DNA of 64,000 nt, taken from IMG/VR virus record IMGVR_UViG_3300029998_000597, one strand, 5' to 3'. Origin of the DNA: a virus. Taxonomy: Duplodnaviria > Caudoviricetes. The position numbers and the translations under genes are program-made. This document shows positions 54,601 to 63,455 of this stretch, one piece after another; position 1 is the first letter of the stretch; each line of letters begins with the position of its first letter. Under the pieces are notes generated by a model that worked only from the letters and a program-made list of their open reading frames with translations, was not told where the DNA came from and searched no databases.

Positions 54601-57430
54601 AAATAGAAATCAATATTTTAAAAAAAATAATTTATTTACATTAATAGGAGAGGAACAAACTAGTGTTAATTATGAAAATTGTAATTTATTTTTTAAAGAT
54701 GAAAACAATCAATCAGTGGATAAATATAAAAGTATATTTAGTGTAGCTGAAGAAGATTTTCTAATTAAGGAATTTACAAATTGGGCAATAATTGATTGGC
54801 AAAAAATTAAAAATCAATTTGAACTAAGAATTAAAACTAAAGACGTTAACACAAATAAGACAGTTATTGGGCCACGGGGCTTGAAATCTTTAGTAGAAAA
54901 TATATCAGAAATTTATTTAGAAAATAATATAAGCAATTTATATAATTATATTAATATTTCTAATAATAATTTTATTGAAAGATCAAAAGAGATAGAAAAA
55001 GAACATTCAAGTCAATATAAAGCTCTACAGGTATTAGATTTTTTAATTTTAATTAATAAAGATGATACCGTTGGAGTTAAAACAATTATTAATTTATTAT
55101 TAACAGACTGCGTATTAGCATATAGTGGAAACAATATGAATGGTAATATTATTAATGTTAGCACTATGCAAAAAACAATGCTGTCTACAATAAACAACAA
55201 TTTAGGTAGTATTAAAAACCCATCAGTTCAAACAGCACTCGGCATCACGAATATTAAAAATTCAGATAAAAAAGGTATTGCATCGATTGATTATAATCCC
55301 GATATGAAATTAGCTGTTTATTCTTATATAAAAACACTTAATGATAAGTGGGTTAGTGGATTTTCCGATCCATCTGAATACCAATGGATAACAAGTAAAA
55401 AAGATATTAACACAAAAGTTAGTCAATTTAAAGCACTACCAAATGTTGTTGGCGATTATTATATCCGAAATTTTAGGTTCATTGATAGGGCACATAATGA
55501 TATAGGTGTGGATATGTTAATAAATTATAGACAATTATTTGATTTAATAGATTCAAACACAACCCAGAAAACGTTATTTTCAGCGATGACAGATGTTTTA
55601 CAACAAAATCAAATGTTATTTTTACCAATGCCAAGCTACCAATCATTTGATAACGCAAAAGATTTTAGTAAAATATTTAAACCAATACCATTTGTTGAAT
55701 CTAAATTAATGACTAATGATGTTGATTATGACACATCAATGTATTTATGTATGTATGCTGGTAGACCATCAAGTAAATTAGATCAAGGAAAAAATGGAAT
55801 GTTTGATAATGATGGGTATTCATTTAATAAACCACATGAATTACCAAGTGATTATAAAACACACGATAATAATCAAGAAGAACAAGCTCAAGTACCAGCA
55901 ATTGCTGTAAACTTTGGTCAACAGAATCAACAATATTTTAAAAATGTGCAGTTGAATATGTCAAATCCGAATACGACAGATGCATCTATTAGAATTCTTA
56001 AAAATTTAAATGACAGAGCAAGTCAAAACGCAACGGTAGAACCAATCGGACAAGATTTATTTAGTTTATATAGTCAATATTCATATTCTTGTGAAGTTGA
56101 GATGATGGGTTGTCCTCAAATACAACCAATGATGTATTTCCAATTGAATAATATACCAATGTGGAATGGTGCATATATGATTTTTAAAATAAAACATTCA
56201 ATTAAACCTGGAACTATGACAACAAGTTTCACAGGTATGAGAATGGCAAAAACTTATCCAAAATTGATATCACAAAATGCTATTTCCTTTAAATTAGTTG
56301 GTGATTTAGAAAATTATGGGAATTTTACCGTACCAGTAGAGGGTAAAGATGAAGATAAATTTACAGATATAACAGCACCTGAAAACTCCAAATTAAAGTT
56401 TATTGATGGAAATCATTTCTTTGTAAAGGATTATTTTGTTTTTGGTGGAGAAGGATTGAAAGGTAAAAAAGTAACGGAAAAAGTTTATAATAGGATTAGT
56501 TATTTATCGCAGGTAGTTGAAAAAATTTATTCTGAATGGACAGGATTAGGATATAATTCATTTAATATATTATCAGCGTTTAGGGATAAACTAATTAACG
56601 GAAATAATGGATCAGCACATCTAATGGGTTTAGGTGTGGATATTCAAATACCGACAGATACATCAAAGGATGCTCAAAACTCTTTATTTTCATATATTCA
56701 AACAATGATGACAAAAGGATTACCTATTGACCAATTAATATTAGAAACTCGTAATAGTACATCTTATTTAATACATATTGGGTTAGCATCACAAACAGGT
56801 AATAAAAATGATGATAATAGAATACCAAAAATAGAAAGTAGTAGGTATGTATCTCGCGGAGAAGTTAAAACAATTAATTATAAAACAGATAATAATAAAT
56901 ATACCGAATTAACGAAAATACCTGAAGCTATGTGGCCTCAAACAGGTGAACAATCGATTAAAGATACAACAAAACCAACAAATACAAAAGACGTACAATT
57001 ATATGTAAAAACAACATTAAAAAATAGTGGGTTAAGTAAATTTCAAGTGGCTGGTGTAATGGGTAATATTTACCAAGAGAGTACTTTTAATTTAAACGCA
57101 AATCCAGCGACAACAGCCCATAATATGTATTATGGTTTAATCCAATGGAGTTTAGCATCATACAATCAAGGTGGAACATATGAAGGGTTAAAAACAAAGG
57201 TTGGTAATACAAAAGAATCACAAATGACATATTTGATTAACCACACAAATGGTTATTCTAATTTCGTTAACTTAAGTCAATCAAGTAAAACCCCAGAAGA
57301 AGCGTCGTTGATATTTTCAAATAAAGTTGAGATTTGTGGTAAATCATGTGTAAATGCGGATAGAGATGCTTTTTCTCGAAGTTTTTATCAAAGATTTAAT
57401 GATCCTAATGATTATTTATATTGGGGGTAA
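51623..57430 (+). CDS. Baseplate hub (gp27/VgrG-like) with C-terminal peptidase M15 and tail lysozyme domains
   Basis: 1935 aa; YSC.VEMMG...IQP.MYF.L.N.P..NG.Y.I..V.H (hub); SAFR...SAHLMGLGVD...IHI (M15); VAGVMGNIYQES...YGLIQW (lysozyme-like). Confidence 0.75.
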   Translation: MSDSPTIGKVLYFDPNNSIVDINGNISDKPSDLMQNPEDLCIGVDLQVTVKNQSNITSSDKKTTYNLIGPNTKINFLEGENLGGVNVLTDFFANLGDKDNDVENIHEAMCVSSIDIEFSSWYAASVVINFTDVRGASLMSSADYVDTLKDSNLSVGDKNQSLFKSFFDFPYPIYILKIKGFYGDAVSYPLHCSDFKATFNATTGNFDIVVSFIGYTYAMLNDVQMSYLMAAPYCKFAGAGSDYWDAQVANGRFLSSDGSPLPKLVSLMNKVKEGDYQIKKISQNSVSSGLQEKKNERNMLFDIKDNYLKPYLSEIKTTYNSGIYDYELNLVNINSKAATLIDGTLNNILNTQIDNIDKKILEYKEIFPTSIVFNSYSGKSWLKPKKSSDGNFEVIFKPIGVAMVDLNNKLTEQIADLSNLLNNEKNNSLTEVYEMKPNIYNYFKVLVAHMETFYNLIYICKHKIPEDRHFDKNMGLNSTDLKIKYDKQGQPILSPFPWYSQLGKDGRMEDAWIGEVAPNLLEVELIDALINAKTDIQKELDKIKVNEVIKEPNNIDPKATVTIGELYYPMNAFDNTINLIGGKTENPYKDFKENDINTIYDRLFLRTYISNLLSGAATHVDYNQNFALAESRNIFEEVGGNTFKLEQIQNQIRVLDGKTVTDMSKYNNTFRDKWANTDKWVSKFLPLFEDINVNYTSYGKQVDLLEKRNKHWVSFDPDYNGQLFKKQTNFSIVEGTENANKITNDYYLKIINNIKNSGQNFDKIMNNYYFIDDKNDPISYKYIGGDSSGTNIFNKICEAKRHPLDNVKAKENSVNTNAFIVYDKAKINPKFIYQESINFDTLYNIYLPAGGKILNSNSDIFKNYQKSKDPSVSNNYSYPFIGGYYFDIPFSLFGHPFYYNQAGTFNTSNDKNLQVSDFHKAILFLNSLNINVKETESLFLENKNNGVYNSSNYLNRASFMARLPKASILLIGGMLWQFNNSFPFKGLKGIKLPNRNQYFKKNNLFTLIGEEQTSVNYENCNLFFKDENNQSVDKYKSIFSVAEEDFLIKEFTNWAIIDWQKIKNQFELRIKTKDVNTNKTVIGPRGLKSLVENISEIYLENNISNLYNYINISNNNFIERSKEIEKEHSSQYKALQVLDFLILINKDDTVGVKTIINLLLTDCVLAYSGNNMNGNIINVSTMQKTMLSTINNNLGSIKNPSVQTALGITNIKNSDKKGIASIDYNPDMKLAVYSYIKTLNDKWVSGFSDPSEYQWITSKKDINTKVSQFKALPNVVGDYYIRNFRFIDRAHNDIGVDMLINYRQLFDLIDSNTTQKTLFSAMTDVLQQNQMLFLPMPSYQSFDNAKDFSKIFKPIPFVESKLMTNDVDYDTSMYLCMYAGRPSSKLDQGKNGMFDNDGYSFNKPHELPSDYKTHDNNQEEQAQVPAIAVNFGQQNQQYFKNVQLNMSNPNTTDASIRILKNLNDRASQNATVEPIGQDLFSLYSQYSYSCEVEMMGCPQIQPMMYFQLNNIPMWNGAYMIFKIKHSIKPGTMTTSFTGMRMAKTYPKLISQNAISFKLVGDLENYGNFTVPVEGKDEDKFTDITAPENSKLKFIDGNHFFVKDYFVFGGEGLKGKKVTEKVYNRISYLSQVVEKIYSEWTGLGYNSFNILSAFRDKLINGNNGSAHLMGLGVDIQIPTDTSKDAQNSLFSYIQTMMTKGLPIDQLILETRNSTSYLIHIGLASQTGNKNDDNRIPKIESSRYVSRGEVKTINYKTDNNKYTELTKIPEAMWPQTGEQSIKDTTKPTNTKDVQLYVKTTLKNSGLSKFQVAGVMGNIYQESTFNLNANPATTAHNMYYGLIQWSLASYNQGGTYEGLKTKVGNTKESQMTYLINHTNGYSNFVNLSQSSKTPEEASLIFSNKVEICGKSCVNADRDAFSRSFYQRFNDPNDYLYWG

Positions 57431-57449
57431 TAATAATCCCTGAAACCAC

Positions 57450-57480
57450 TTGTTTTTCTCATATTTTATATGTACATTTG
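57450..57480 (+). promoter_or_regulatory. Bacteroidota-type early promoter
   Basis: TTGTTTTTCTC...GTACATTTG, TTG-N20-TAnnTTTG. Confidence 0.7.
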
Positions 57481-57504
57481 TTTGGAATCATAAATAAGTT
57501 TTAA

Positions 57505-58110
57505 ATGTACATCGGTAATATAGTTTCATTGGTTGAATCAAACACCAACCAATTATTTAATTTAACAACAGATATAAATAATATAGACTCAGAACTCCCA
57601 ACACTAATAATAGGTTGGGAGTTTACAAAGTTGATATATGGAGAGAATAAACCATCCATATTAGAAAAGAAAATAGAAAATAGGTTATATTGGACATTTT
57701 CAAAAAAAGAACGTAGGGTAGATTACGAAGAAGATTATAAATCATTTATTGAAAACTGTATTGAATATGCATCCACCAAAATAGAGTATCACTTTTTAAA
57801 TGTATTAACAGATAAAAAAAGTTTTATTAAAAAACTTATTAAGAACCTTACTTCTACAAAGATTTTTTCTATTTATATTAAAAATAATTCATTTATATAT
57901 ATATTTGATGAAACAAAAATAATAGGGGTAGATTTCAATGCTATTGATTTTTTGAAAATAGATCGCAAAAAAATTTACCGAATACTATATCATAACAAAA
58001 ATAATTTATTCTTTAATTCGGATTTTTTAGATAAGGAAATAAGTATAAATATTCAAGTTAAAAATAATAAATTAATACCGTACCTATATAAAGTAATAAA
58101 TAATGGATAG
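57505..58110 (+). CDS. Hypothetical protein
   Basis: 201 aa; LPTLIIGW, YWTFSKKERR. Confidence 0.55.
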   Translation: MYIGNIVSLVESNTNQLFNLTTDINNIDSELPTLIIGWEFTKLIYGENKPSILEKKIENRLYWTFSKKERRVDYEEDYKSFIENCIEYASTKIEYHFLNVLTDKKSFIKKLIKNLTSTKIFSIYIKNNSFIYIFDETKIIGVDFNAIDFLKIDRKKIYRILYHNKNNLFFNSDFLDKEISINIQVKNNKLIPYLYKVINNG

Positions 58111-58525
58111 TAATAAAAAATGTATGTTAATAGCAACCTTTATACCAAAATTAAAGGTTGAGTCGTTTATCGGTTATGTAAGTAAAAAATTCAATATAAA
58201 AAATGAATTTATATTTATATATGAAATTGAGGATAACGAATTTGATTATTTACTTACATTTAAATTGAAAAATGATAAGCGAATTGATTTAAAATTTCAC
58301 TTTACAAACGCAACAATAGTTAACACTAAGTCTGGTTGTATTTTTTCGATTAATGGATTAAATAGATTAATTGAAGGTGAAACAGGTTGTGATATTGGGA
58401 ATACAATTTATTCCAATCATCAAATAAATTGGGGGGATTATAGTGGAAAGCTTATATTATCAAATAAAAGCCAGCTTTCAATCAAAAATATTAAAAAAAT
58501 TGATATAAAAACTACAATTATTTAA
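58103..58525 (+). CDS. Hypothetical protein
   Basis: 140 aa, overlaps previous stop; FSINGLN.LIE motif. Confidence 0.55.
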   Translation: MDSNKKCMLIATFIPKLKVESFIGYVSKKFNIKNEFIFIYEIEDNEFDYLLTFKLKNDKRIDLKFHFTNATIVNTKSGCIFSINGLNRLIEGETGCDIGNTIYSNHQINWGDYSGKLILSNKSQLSIKNIKKIDIKTTII

Positions 58526-58568
58526 TTTTTTATATATTTATATTAAATAACAAGTTCATCTATATTCG

Positions 58569-58805
58569 ATGAATATAAAATTATATATTATGGCAGTTAA
58601 AATTATAACCAAACAAATGCATGAAAGACTTGATTCTTTTATTCAAAATGTACCAGCAAATAATATTAAACCATTAGAAGTAGTGGCTAACGAACAACAA
58701 ATCGTTCCAACCAAGAAGACATTAAAAAAAACAGATGGTCTAATTGAACGTATAGATAGTAAAATATTTATTACAGAAGATAATCGTCAGCTACTCCAAG
58801 ATTAA
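58569..58805 (+). CDS. Small protein ending GLIER....FITEDNRQLLQD (putative prohead component)
   Basis: TATTTATA at 58535-58542; likely start at MAVKII. Confidence 0.5.
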   Translation: MNIKLYIMAVKIITKQMHERLDSFIQNVPANNIKPLEVVANEQQIVPTKKTLKKTDGLIERIDSKIFITEDNRQLLQD

Positions 58806-58818
58806 TATAGTTAAAATT

Positions 58819-59559
58819 ATGAAATATAGAGAACTAAACGAAAACGAACTTAAATCCGTTAAGAAAAAATTTGGAATGATAACAGAATATTCATTTATTA
58901 CAAATCGAGATGATATGTTATTAGATGAAGATGATGAAGACCCTAATAATAATCTTCCTGTACTAGATCAAACACAAGATGCAGTAACGCCAACAGAGCC
59001 AGCAATGATTGACCCAGCTTCATCAGCACCAGCAGACCCATCAATGGATTTACAACCAGAACAGCCAATTGAAGGACCACAAGCTCCAGATCCAATGGAA
59101 ATGCCACCAATGGATACGGCACCTATTGAAACACCAGAAGTTGAAGTTGATGTCACACAATTAACCCAAGATCAAAAACAAGTTGATGATAAGGTTAGTT
59201 CATTAGCAGATCAAACATCTCAAATGATGGAGTTACTTGCTTCTATTACGGATAAAGTAGATGGTATTACATCTAAAATTGACAGCGACACCGAAGCTAT
59301 TAGACAGGAAATTGAAAAACGAAATCCAACACCAAAAGAAGTATTACAAAAACGTCAAACACTTGGTGATCCATTCAATCAAACTCCAGAGGATTTTTGG
59401 AATCAGAAAGAAGAAGAAGGGCAATATGAATTGAGTGATGATAAAAACCTTGAAATTAAGCCATCCGACCTCGATGATAATGCAATGAATGTTTACAAAA
59501 GCTTTGGAATTAAAGATAATGAAGTAAACCAATCACTTAAAGGTGTAATGGGATATTAA
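58819..59559 (+). CDS. Acidic Pro-rich coiled-coil protein, putative prohead scaffold/core
   Basis: LNE/ITE/LDE sites, P/A/D-rich linker, EVDVTQL + coiled coil, PTPKE.L..R. Confidence 0.45.
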   Translation: MKYRELNENELKSVKKKFGMITEYSFITNRDDMLLDEDDEDPNNNLPVLDQTQDAVTPTEPAMIDPASSAPADPSMDLQPEQPIEGPQAPDPMEMPPMDTAPIETPEVEVDVTQLTQDQKQVDDKVSSLADQTSQMMELLASITDKVDGITSKIDSDTEAIRQEIEKRNPTPKEVLQKRQTLGDPFNQTPEDFWNQKEEEGQYELSDDKNLEIKPSDLDDNAMNVYKSFGIKDNEVNQSLKGVMGY

Positions 59560-59592
59560 ATTTAATATAACCAAAATAAATTCAATCCACAC

Positions 59593-59623
59593 TTGCTTTT
59601 CTCGTATTTTATTGGTACATTTG
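59593..59623 (+). promoter_or_regulatory. Bacteroidota-type early promoter for the replication/recombination operon
   Basis: TTGCTTTTCTC...GTACATTTG, TTG-N20-TAnnTTTG. Confidence 0.7.
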
Positions 59624-59712
59624 TTGAGAAAGTAGGAGAAAAAATAACACCGATTACATAATTAATGGTCGGTGTTTTTAAAACTTAAAATAATAATTTA
59701 AATTAAATAAAA

Positions 59713-60684
59713 ATGAGTGAAAATGTAAATGCATTTGATGCAAAACGAAATGAAATTAAGGCTTCCAAACCGAAGGCTTATGAAAAAAAAGAGGTTAAAT
59801 ATAGTGAGAAAAATTATTTAGACACCCGAATCACCAAAGGTGAGAAAAAAGAGTTACAATTTAGGTTAATCCAACTATCAAACGAATCAGACGAAATTTT
59901 TGAAGAAGTTTTTTTTCATTGGGACAGCAACGCAAAAAAGTCATTCGTATGTGCTAAGCACACTAAAAACGTTCCAGAAGGAACTGAAAAAGAATGTCCT
60001 TATTGTGATTTAGAAGAGGGTTATTGGACTGAATATAATATAGAAAAGAATAGGCCAGTAAAACCAAATAATATCAATGAAATTGAAAAAGATGTTATTT
60101 ATAAAAATGACTTAAAAGTGGATAGTGCTAAAAAATCCGCATTGGCAAATAAAGCACAAGCAAATTTTGTTTTTAGGGGTATTGAAAGGGTAACTACCAA
60201 AAATGAAGTCTTAAATGAATCTAAATTTTGGAAGGTATCAGAAGCTGTTTTGGATAACATTGGTACTATTAAAGATCAGAATATTAAATATAAAATCGAT
60301 ATTTTTGATTTAAAAACTGGAAAGGATTTATTAATCACGTATGTCCTGAAAGAAAAGAAATCTAAATACGGTGGTTTAACATCTGATATGGTTCAGACAC
60401 CACTTAGCGAAGATGAGTCAGAAAGTAAAGCATTTATTGAAAATGATTTAAAGTGGTATCAGGTATATACAATTAAGAGTTATGATTATCTTAGTTTAAT
60501 TATTAATGGAAAAACACCTTGGTTTGATAAACCATCCAACAAGTGGATTGATAAAGCCACATTAAATAGTTTAAAACCCGAAGAAGTACCAAATAACGAG
60601 GAGGATGAAGAAGAAGATGTAGAAGATGTGGTAGTTACAAAAAAAGTTTCTTCCGAATCAGAAACAGACGACTTACCATTTTAA
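59713..60684 (+). CDS. Single-stranded DNA-binding protein (gp32-like)
   Basis: F.EV.FH, C.....CPYC, FWK, D...GKDL.IT, acidic tail ending DDLPF. Confidence 0.78.
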   Translation: MSENVNAFDAKRNEIKASKPKAYEKKEVKYSEKNYLDTRITKGEKKELQFRLIQLSNESDEIFEEVFFHWDSNAKKSFVCAKHTKNVPEGTEKECPYCDLEEGYWTEYNIEKNRPVKPNNINEIEKDVIYKNDLKVDSAKKSALANKAQANFVFRGIERVTTKNEVLNESKFWKVSEAVLDNIGTIKDQNIKYKIDIFDLKTGKDLLITYVLKEKKSKYGGLTSDMVQTPLSEDESESKAFIENDLKWYQVYTIKSYDYLSLIINGKTPWFDKPSNKWIDKATLNSLKPEEVPNNEEDEEEDVEDVVVTKKVSSESETDDLPF

Positions 60685-60780
60685 GAAAAAAGATATTTAT
60701 TAATTAGCGGTAAAGCCTCTTCAGGTCATTATCTGAACGTAACCGCTTCATAGTTTCATAAATCATTAAATAAAGTTATT

Positions 60781-61239
60781 TTGCAAGAAAAAATTAAATT
60801 AGAAATTAAAAATATTTCCCCAAATCCTGACCCAGTATATGCCAAAGTTGGTGATAGTGGTATGGATTTACGCGCTTGGCTATCCGAGCCAATTATATTA
60901 AAATCATTAGAAAGAATATTAATACCAACAGGTATTTATATTAACTTACCAAGTGGATGTGAAGCTCAGGTAAGGAGTCGTAGCGGGTGTGCTTTAAAAC
61001 AGGCTCTATGCGTTGCTAATACCCCAGGAACTGTAGACGAACCATATGTTGGCCACGTTCAAATTATCGCAATTAACCTTTCCAAAGAAGATATAATTAT
61101 TGAAAATGGTGATAGGATTGCTCAATTGGTGGTTTGTCCAGTCTATAATAGTAATTATGTTGATATTATTATTGTTGATGAGATAAATAAAGTTACAGAT
61201 AGAGGTGCTTCTGGTTTTGGTGCTTCTGGGTTAAAATAA
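60781..61239 (+). CDS. dut: dUTPase (trimeric), TTG start
   Basis: GDSGMDLRA, AQVRSRSG, NTPGTVDEPYVG, GDRIAQL, RGASGFGASG. Confidence 0.93.
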   Translation: MQEKIKLEIKNISPNPDPVYAKVGDSGMDLRAWLSEPIILKSLERILIPTGIYINLPSGCEAQVRSRSGCALKQALCVANTPGTVDEPYVGHVQIIAINLSKEDIIIENGDRIAQLVVCPVYNSNYVDIIIVDEINKVTDRGASGFGASGLK

Positions 61240-61297
61240 AATTCAAAAATAGTTTTGTTTAAAATAGTTTCATATTAATAATTTAAACAAATAAAAA

Positions 61298-62452
61298 ATG
61301 GCAACAAAGCAGCCTGTAAAAAAGAAAGAAGTGTCAACGAGTGGATTTGTTGATAAAAAAGATTTTGCAAATGCATTTAAAGCTAAGAACGATTTAAATG
61401 GTGTAAAAGACAAGGATTTAGAATGGATTGTATTACCAGAAGGTTTTTATGATGCGGTTAAACTACCAGGAATTCCAAAAGGGTTTTGTAGTGATATAAT
61501 GGGGCATAGTGATACTGGTAAATCTACTTTTAAATTAGAATTAATGGCTCAGTGTCAGAGAGAGAATATTCTACCTGTAATTTACGAAACTGAAAGTAAT
61601 TTTCCGTGGGAACACGCCCGTATGTGTGGTGTCGAATTTGACGATGTAATGGGGGATGTTGTTAATGAAGATACTGGAGAAGTAGAAAGTAAAGTTGTGG
61701 ATCATAGTGGTTTTTTCTTATATTATGATGCGGAGATTTTATATAGAAAATACGGGAAGATGGATTATGCTCAAAGTAAAATGCTTGAAAAGCCAAATCG
61801 AAAAGTGGCTGTTCTTGAAGATATTGCGTATTCTATTAATGAATTATTAGATTTACAAGGTAATAAAGATGGGGAGATAGATTATGAAATGTGTTTTATT
61901 TGGGATTCCGTTGGATCTATACCATCATATAGGTCCGTAATGTCGAAGACAGGTAATAATATGTTTGATGCTGGGGCTATTAAATCAAGCTTTAATATTA
62001 TTGGGAATAATAGGATACCATTATCAAGGAAAGAGAGTAGTTCATATACAAACACTATGTTTTTTATAAATAAGGTATGGGTTGATAGTATGCAGATGGG
62101 TGCTCCTCAATTAAAAACTAGTGGTGGAGATGGTGTAAAATGGTTTAGTAGACTTAGAATACAATTAGGTGGTGTAACAACTGGTGCGGTTGAAAAACTA
62201 AGTGCAATTTCCGATAAAAAATCGTATAGATATGGAATCACAACTAAAATAAAAGTTGCTAAAAATCACGTAACTGGTATTGAATACGAAGGAAAAATTT
62301 CTTCTTTATCACACGGACTTTGGAATCCAGAAAAAATAGATGCTTATAAGAAACAGTATTCTAAATTTTTATTAAATAAATTGAGTGAATTAACAGGTAA
62401 GCCAATTAAGGATGATACCGAATTAGAATTTTCAGTAGAAAAGGAGGATTAA
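61298..62452 (+). CDS. uvsX: RecA/UvsX-like recombinase
   Basis: Walker A GHSDTGKST, Walker B FIWDSVGS, INKVW, GG.G. Confidence 0.85.
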   Translation: MATKQPVKKKEVSTSGFVDKKDFANAFKAKNDLNGVKDKDLEWIVLPEGFYDAVKLPGIPKGFCSDIMGHSDTGKSTFKLELMAQCQRENILPVIYETESNFPWEHARMCGVEFDDVMGDVVNEDTGEVESKVVDHSGFFLYYDAEILYRKYGKMDYAQSKMLEKPNRKVAVLEDIAYSINELLDLQGNKDGEIDYEMCFIWDSVGSIPSYRSVMSKTGNNMFDAGAIKSSFNIIGNNRIPLSRKESSSYTNTMFFINKVWVDSMQMGAPQLKTSGGDGVKWFSRLRIQLGGVTTGAVEKLSAISDKKSYRYGITTKIKVAKNHVTGIEYEGKISSLSHGLWNPEKIDAYKKQYSKFLLNKLSELTGKPIKDDTELEFSVEKED

Positions 62453-62454
62453 AT

Positions 62455-63351
62455 ATGGAAGAAAAAAAAGATTTCAGTAAAATAGATTATAGATTTTCAT
62501 ATGTATTATCTGTAAACGACTTGGAAAATACTAACAACGAGGTTATTATTTGTAAACGTGATTTTAACATTAATAATTTCGATGCCAGTTCATTAAGATC
62601 GATTGAATTAAAGGAGGCTATTGATGATATCGTTAGATTGATTGATAGGGATTTAAAATCTAAATCAAGAGTTTATACTTGGTGTAATATGCCATTGACA
62701 ATTCAGAAAACTGTAAGAGGTAATAGAAAGTTAGGCGTGTATCATGGTGACTTAGAAGAATCGAAAGATATTTCTCCAGAATTCACTAATACGATTAATG
62801 CATCACAAATAACTACCTTTAAGTTCACTTTTTTTGATGGGTTAAAACCTGTGATTACAAAAATTTGGTCTGGTGATAATTATCCTTTTACCGTTAGAAA
62901 TTCAGTTGATTTAACGAATAAAAAATATAAATATGACTCGGTAAATATTCAAGCACTTGATTTCACAAGATCGATTGCTCAAAGGTCAGCAGTAGATAGA
63001 CCAGATTTGACCGCTATCATCATGAAACACCTTTGTAGTGTGTGCTCGTCATTTTATTCAAAAGAACACGAACAAAGGGTTATTTACAAACAAAGTCTAC
63101 CAGAGTTAATGTTAGATGAAATCGTATTTACCGACTTTACAAATGGGAAATTTGAATACGTAGATAATAAAATCACGCCAATTTGTAAATCTTTCGATGA
63201 AAATCGCGGAGTTGACAGGGTAGTATATGAAGCCTATACAATGGAATTTGATGCTGGTAACGGTAAAGTATATCAAAACTATTCGCCAATCGAAGATTGG
63301 GAAGATGACTTAGCAGCAGAATCAATGGCTAAAAAATGGGGAAATAGTTAA
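62455..63351 (+). CDS. Hypothetical protein in replication operon
   Basis: 298 aa between recombinase and helicase; IICKRDF motif. Confidence 0.6.
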   Translation: MEEKKDFSKIDYRFSYVLSVNDLENTNNEVIICKRDFNINNFDASSLRSIELKEAIDDIVRLIDRDLKSKSRVYTWCNMPLTIQKTVRGNRKLGVYHGDLEESKDISPEFTNTINASQITTFKFTFFDGLKPVITKIWSGDNYPFTVRNSVDLTNKKYKYDSVNIQALDFTRSIAQRSAVDRPDLTAIIMKHLCSVCSSFYSKEHEQRVIYKQSLPELMLDEIVFTDFTNGKFEYVDNKITPICKSFDENRGVDRVVYEAYTMEFDAGNGKVYQNYSPIEDWEDDLAAESMAKKWGNS

Positions 63352-63455
63352 ATATCTAATATAAATTTAGTTATTAAAACAAGTTTAATTGCCGAAATAC
63401 CATAAAAGTATTTCGGCAATCTTATCAAAAAAAATAAAAAAGTTATAAATAAAAA

